A stretch of 64,000 nt of DNA from Pseudomonadota bacterium (lineage in GTDB: Bacteria; Myxococcota_A; UBA796; SXON01). The notes beneath the pieces are model-generated. The model was not told the origin of the DNA. It saw only the letters and a program-made list of their open reading frames with translations, and searched no databases. Location of the stretch: the NCBI GenBank assembly GCA_030685065.1, contig JAUXQH010000054.1, positions 120,280 through 184,279 on the forward strand, written 5' to 3'. This document shows, piece after piece, positions 62,516 through 64,000 of this stretch. The position numbers and the translations under genes were made by a program. Within the stretch, counting starts at the first letter, position 1. Each line of letters begins with the position of its first letter.

Positions 62516-63400
62516 TCAGCCGGGAGCGGTGAACACGGAGCAGTAGTCCGGGAGCTCCGAGAGGTCCCCGTTCGCGAACGGAGAAGCCTCCCCGAACGTG
62601 TGGGCCGTGAGCCAGAGATCCATCATGTCGCGCCCCTCGGGCGGGATGGTGTGCCCGCCTTCGTGGTTGCACGTGACGACGAAGTGGCCGTCGGCCGTCA
62701 GATCGGTCGCGAAGTTGGTGGTGGTCTGCTGGAAGTCGATCACGCCGCCGCCGTAGAGGTCGGAGGCGCCCCCGAAGGGAAGGAGCGCGGGGAAGGGGGC
62801 CGCGGGCGTCGCGTAGGTCACACCCGAGCCGGTGCCGCCCGAGAAGGGGAGGATGGTAGAGAGGGTGTCCCCGCGGTGAACGCCGAGGTAGCTCGTCCAC
62901 AAGGCGCCCGCCGAGAACCCCATCGCGGACACGCGCCCGAGATCGATGTCCAGCTGCTCGTAGAGGCAGGTCCGCATGTCGTCGAACAGGACGAGGTCGT
63001 CGTTGCCCTCCGCGGCGGAGACGAAGGCCCACTCGTAGGCCAGATCGCCCGACGCCGTCGGCACGACCACCACGGCATCCACCGTGTCCGCGTACTCGCG
63101 GAGGCTGAGGGCGTTGATCATGTAGCTGGCTGTTCCGCCGAGCGGATACCACACGAAGACGACGGGCTTGCCCGCCGACCCGCCCTCGGGAAGGATCAGC
63201 TTGACCGTGCGGTCCTTGCCGTTGGAGACGAGCTCCACGTCCCCTCCGCCGTCGATCGTGGGGCAGTCCCCGCCGGACACCTCGGCCAGGGGGGCGGTGC
63301 CCTCGAGGTAGGCGTTCGGGTCGACGGTCTCGCTGCCGGTGTCGTCGGCCGAGGAGTCCTTGTCGTTGGGCGCGGAGCAGGCGAGCATGAAGATCAGCAT
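62516..63400 (-). CDS. Alpha/beta-hydrolase esterase lipoprotein (PHB-depolymerase/feruloyl-esterase-like family)
   Basis: The nucleophile elbow is GFSAGA (VSAMGFSAGALW). PVVFVWYPLGG is typical of this esterase family. Leader is MLIFMLAC. The start could lie further upstream within track ORF 62516..63490. Confidence 0.78.
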   Translation of the reverse strand: MLIFMLACSAPNDKDSSADDTGSETVDPNAYLEGTAPLAEVSGGDCPTIDGGGDVELVSNGKDRTVKLILPEGGSAGKPVVFVWYPLGGTASYMINALSLREYADTVDAVVVVPTASGDLAYEWAFVSAAEGNDDLVLFDDMRTCLYEQLDIDLGRVSAMGFSAGALWTSYLGVHRGDTLSTILPFSGGTGSGVTYATPAAPFPALLPFGGASDLYGGGVIDFQQTTTNFATDLTADGHFVVTCNHEGGHTIPPEGRDMMDLWLTAHTFGEASPFANGDLSELPDYCSVFTAPG

Positions 63401-63455
63401 GGGGTGGAGGATACCCCGCCGCAGGGCGCGTGCCCGCCCAAGTCCGGCCGCAAAT

Positions 63456-63980
63456 TCAGGGGGTCGCGGGAGGCGGCGGGAGGGTCGCAACGGCCGCCGC
63501 CACCATGGCGCGCTGAGCGGGGGTCATCACCGCGCGCGGACGCACGGCGAGGACGACCTGGTGCGCTGCCTGCCAGGTGGGCGCGAGGCCCTCGGCCACC
63601 ATCACGCCGATACACACGGCTACGCTACGACCGTGCCCGTAGGCACAATGCACGAGCACCGGGAGCCCCTCGGCGCGCCACGACACGGCTTGCTCCACCG
63701 CCGCGCGCCATACGGCGACCTCGGGCGCGGCACCATCGAGCATCGGCACGCACCGATACCGCAGCGCTGCCCCCCGACGGGGGAGCTCGGCCGTGAGATC
63801 GAGCTGCGCGTAGCCCGGCGCGCCGTGGCGAGGCCACCCCCCCACCCAGAGCCCGGGCACCAGCTCGATCTTCCATTCCCGCATCGCCCGAGCACCCGCT
63901 CGCGCGGCGCCTCGCGCCACGAGAAAGAACGGCAGCAGCGCCCAGAAGGCGACCCTCGGCAGGGCCTCCTTCCCGAGCAT
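63456..63980 (-). CDS. Dual-specificity / Cys-based protein phosphatase with an N-terminal hydrophobic anchor
   Basis: The P-loop VHCAYGHGRSV matches HC-x5-R(S/T). The N-terminus is AFWALLPFFLVARGA. Confidence 0.8.
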   Translation of the reverse strand: MLGKEALPRVAFWALLPFFLVARGAARAGARAMREWKIELVPGLWVGGWPRHGAPGYAQLDLTAELPRRGAALRYRCVPMLDGAAPEVAVWRAAVEQAVSWRAEGLPVLVHCAYGHGRSVAVCIGVMVAEGLAPTWQAAHQVVLAVRPRAVMTPAQRAMVAAAVATLPPPPATP

Positions 63981-64000
63981 TCCGGGCCGCCGCAGCAGGT

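Noticed and set aside
1-64000. Searched for mobile elements, integrases, prophage genes, toxin-antitoxin pairs and classical defence genes (nucleases, helicases, methyltransferases acting on DNA).
   Set aside because: None were recognised in any frame. The SAM methyltransferases present are all tetrapyrrole methylases. The window looks like core chromosome rather than an island, apart from the ADH remnant junction.

Overview
Very GC-rich chromosomal segment with G/C at nearly every third codon position. Many lipobox proteins with acidic D/T/S linkers, PEGA-type Ser/Thr kinases and sigma-54 regulators suggest a myxobacterial-type deltaproteobacterium; this is inferred, not proven. All family calls below come from reading motifs by eye, not from searches. 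I saw no rRNA, tRNA, CRISPR array, transposase or integrase.

Gene content, left to right:
- An S8 protease and a family III CoA-transferase.
- A liu-like methylcrotonyl-CoA carboxylase operon with an unusual back end (BKACE plus an MSOX-like flavoprotein) and a split alpha subunit.
- A 1634-aa MASE1+CHASE unorthodox hybrid kinase, start/stop-coupled to a REC-EAL phosphodiesterase.
- A large cobalamin locus at 17.8-38.7 kb.
- A DUF2892, ECF sigma and ZAS anti-sigma operon.
- An acyl-CoA dehydrogenase and an Fpg/Nei glycosylase.
- An FG-GAP/CARDB lipoprotein, a SWIB protein with an H1-like tail and a CotH lipoprotein.
- An AlgB/KinB-like sigma-54 pair next to an APC-like permease.
- Further two-component genes.
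- A eukaryote-like signalling patch: an FHA-wHTH regulator, a Ser/Thr kinase, a (Thr-Asp)n lipoprotein and a dual-specificity phosphatase.

The best candidate for undescribed biology is the B12 super-operon. A cobalamin riboswitch is followed by 20 plus-strand genes with no intergenic nucleotides. It lacks a recognisable cbiJ/cobK. It embeds four unassigned genes: a ChuX/HutX-like protein, a 140-aa helical protein, an FNR-like reductase next to a CbiX-[2Fe-2S] fusion, and a beta-propeller lipoprotein coupled to btuFCD.

Other observations include systematically ultrashort lipoprotein leaders, several short intergenic tandem duplications, a gene remnant and frame-shifted coding signal.
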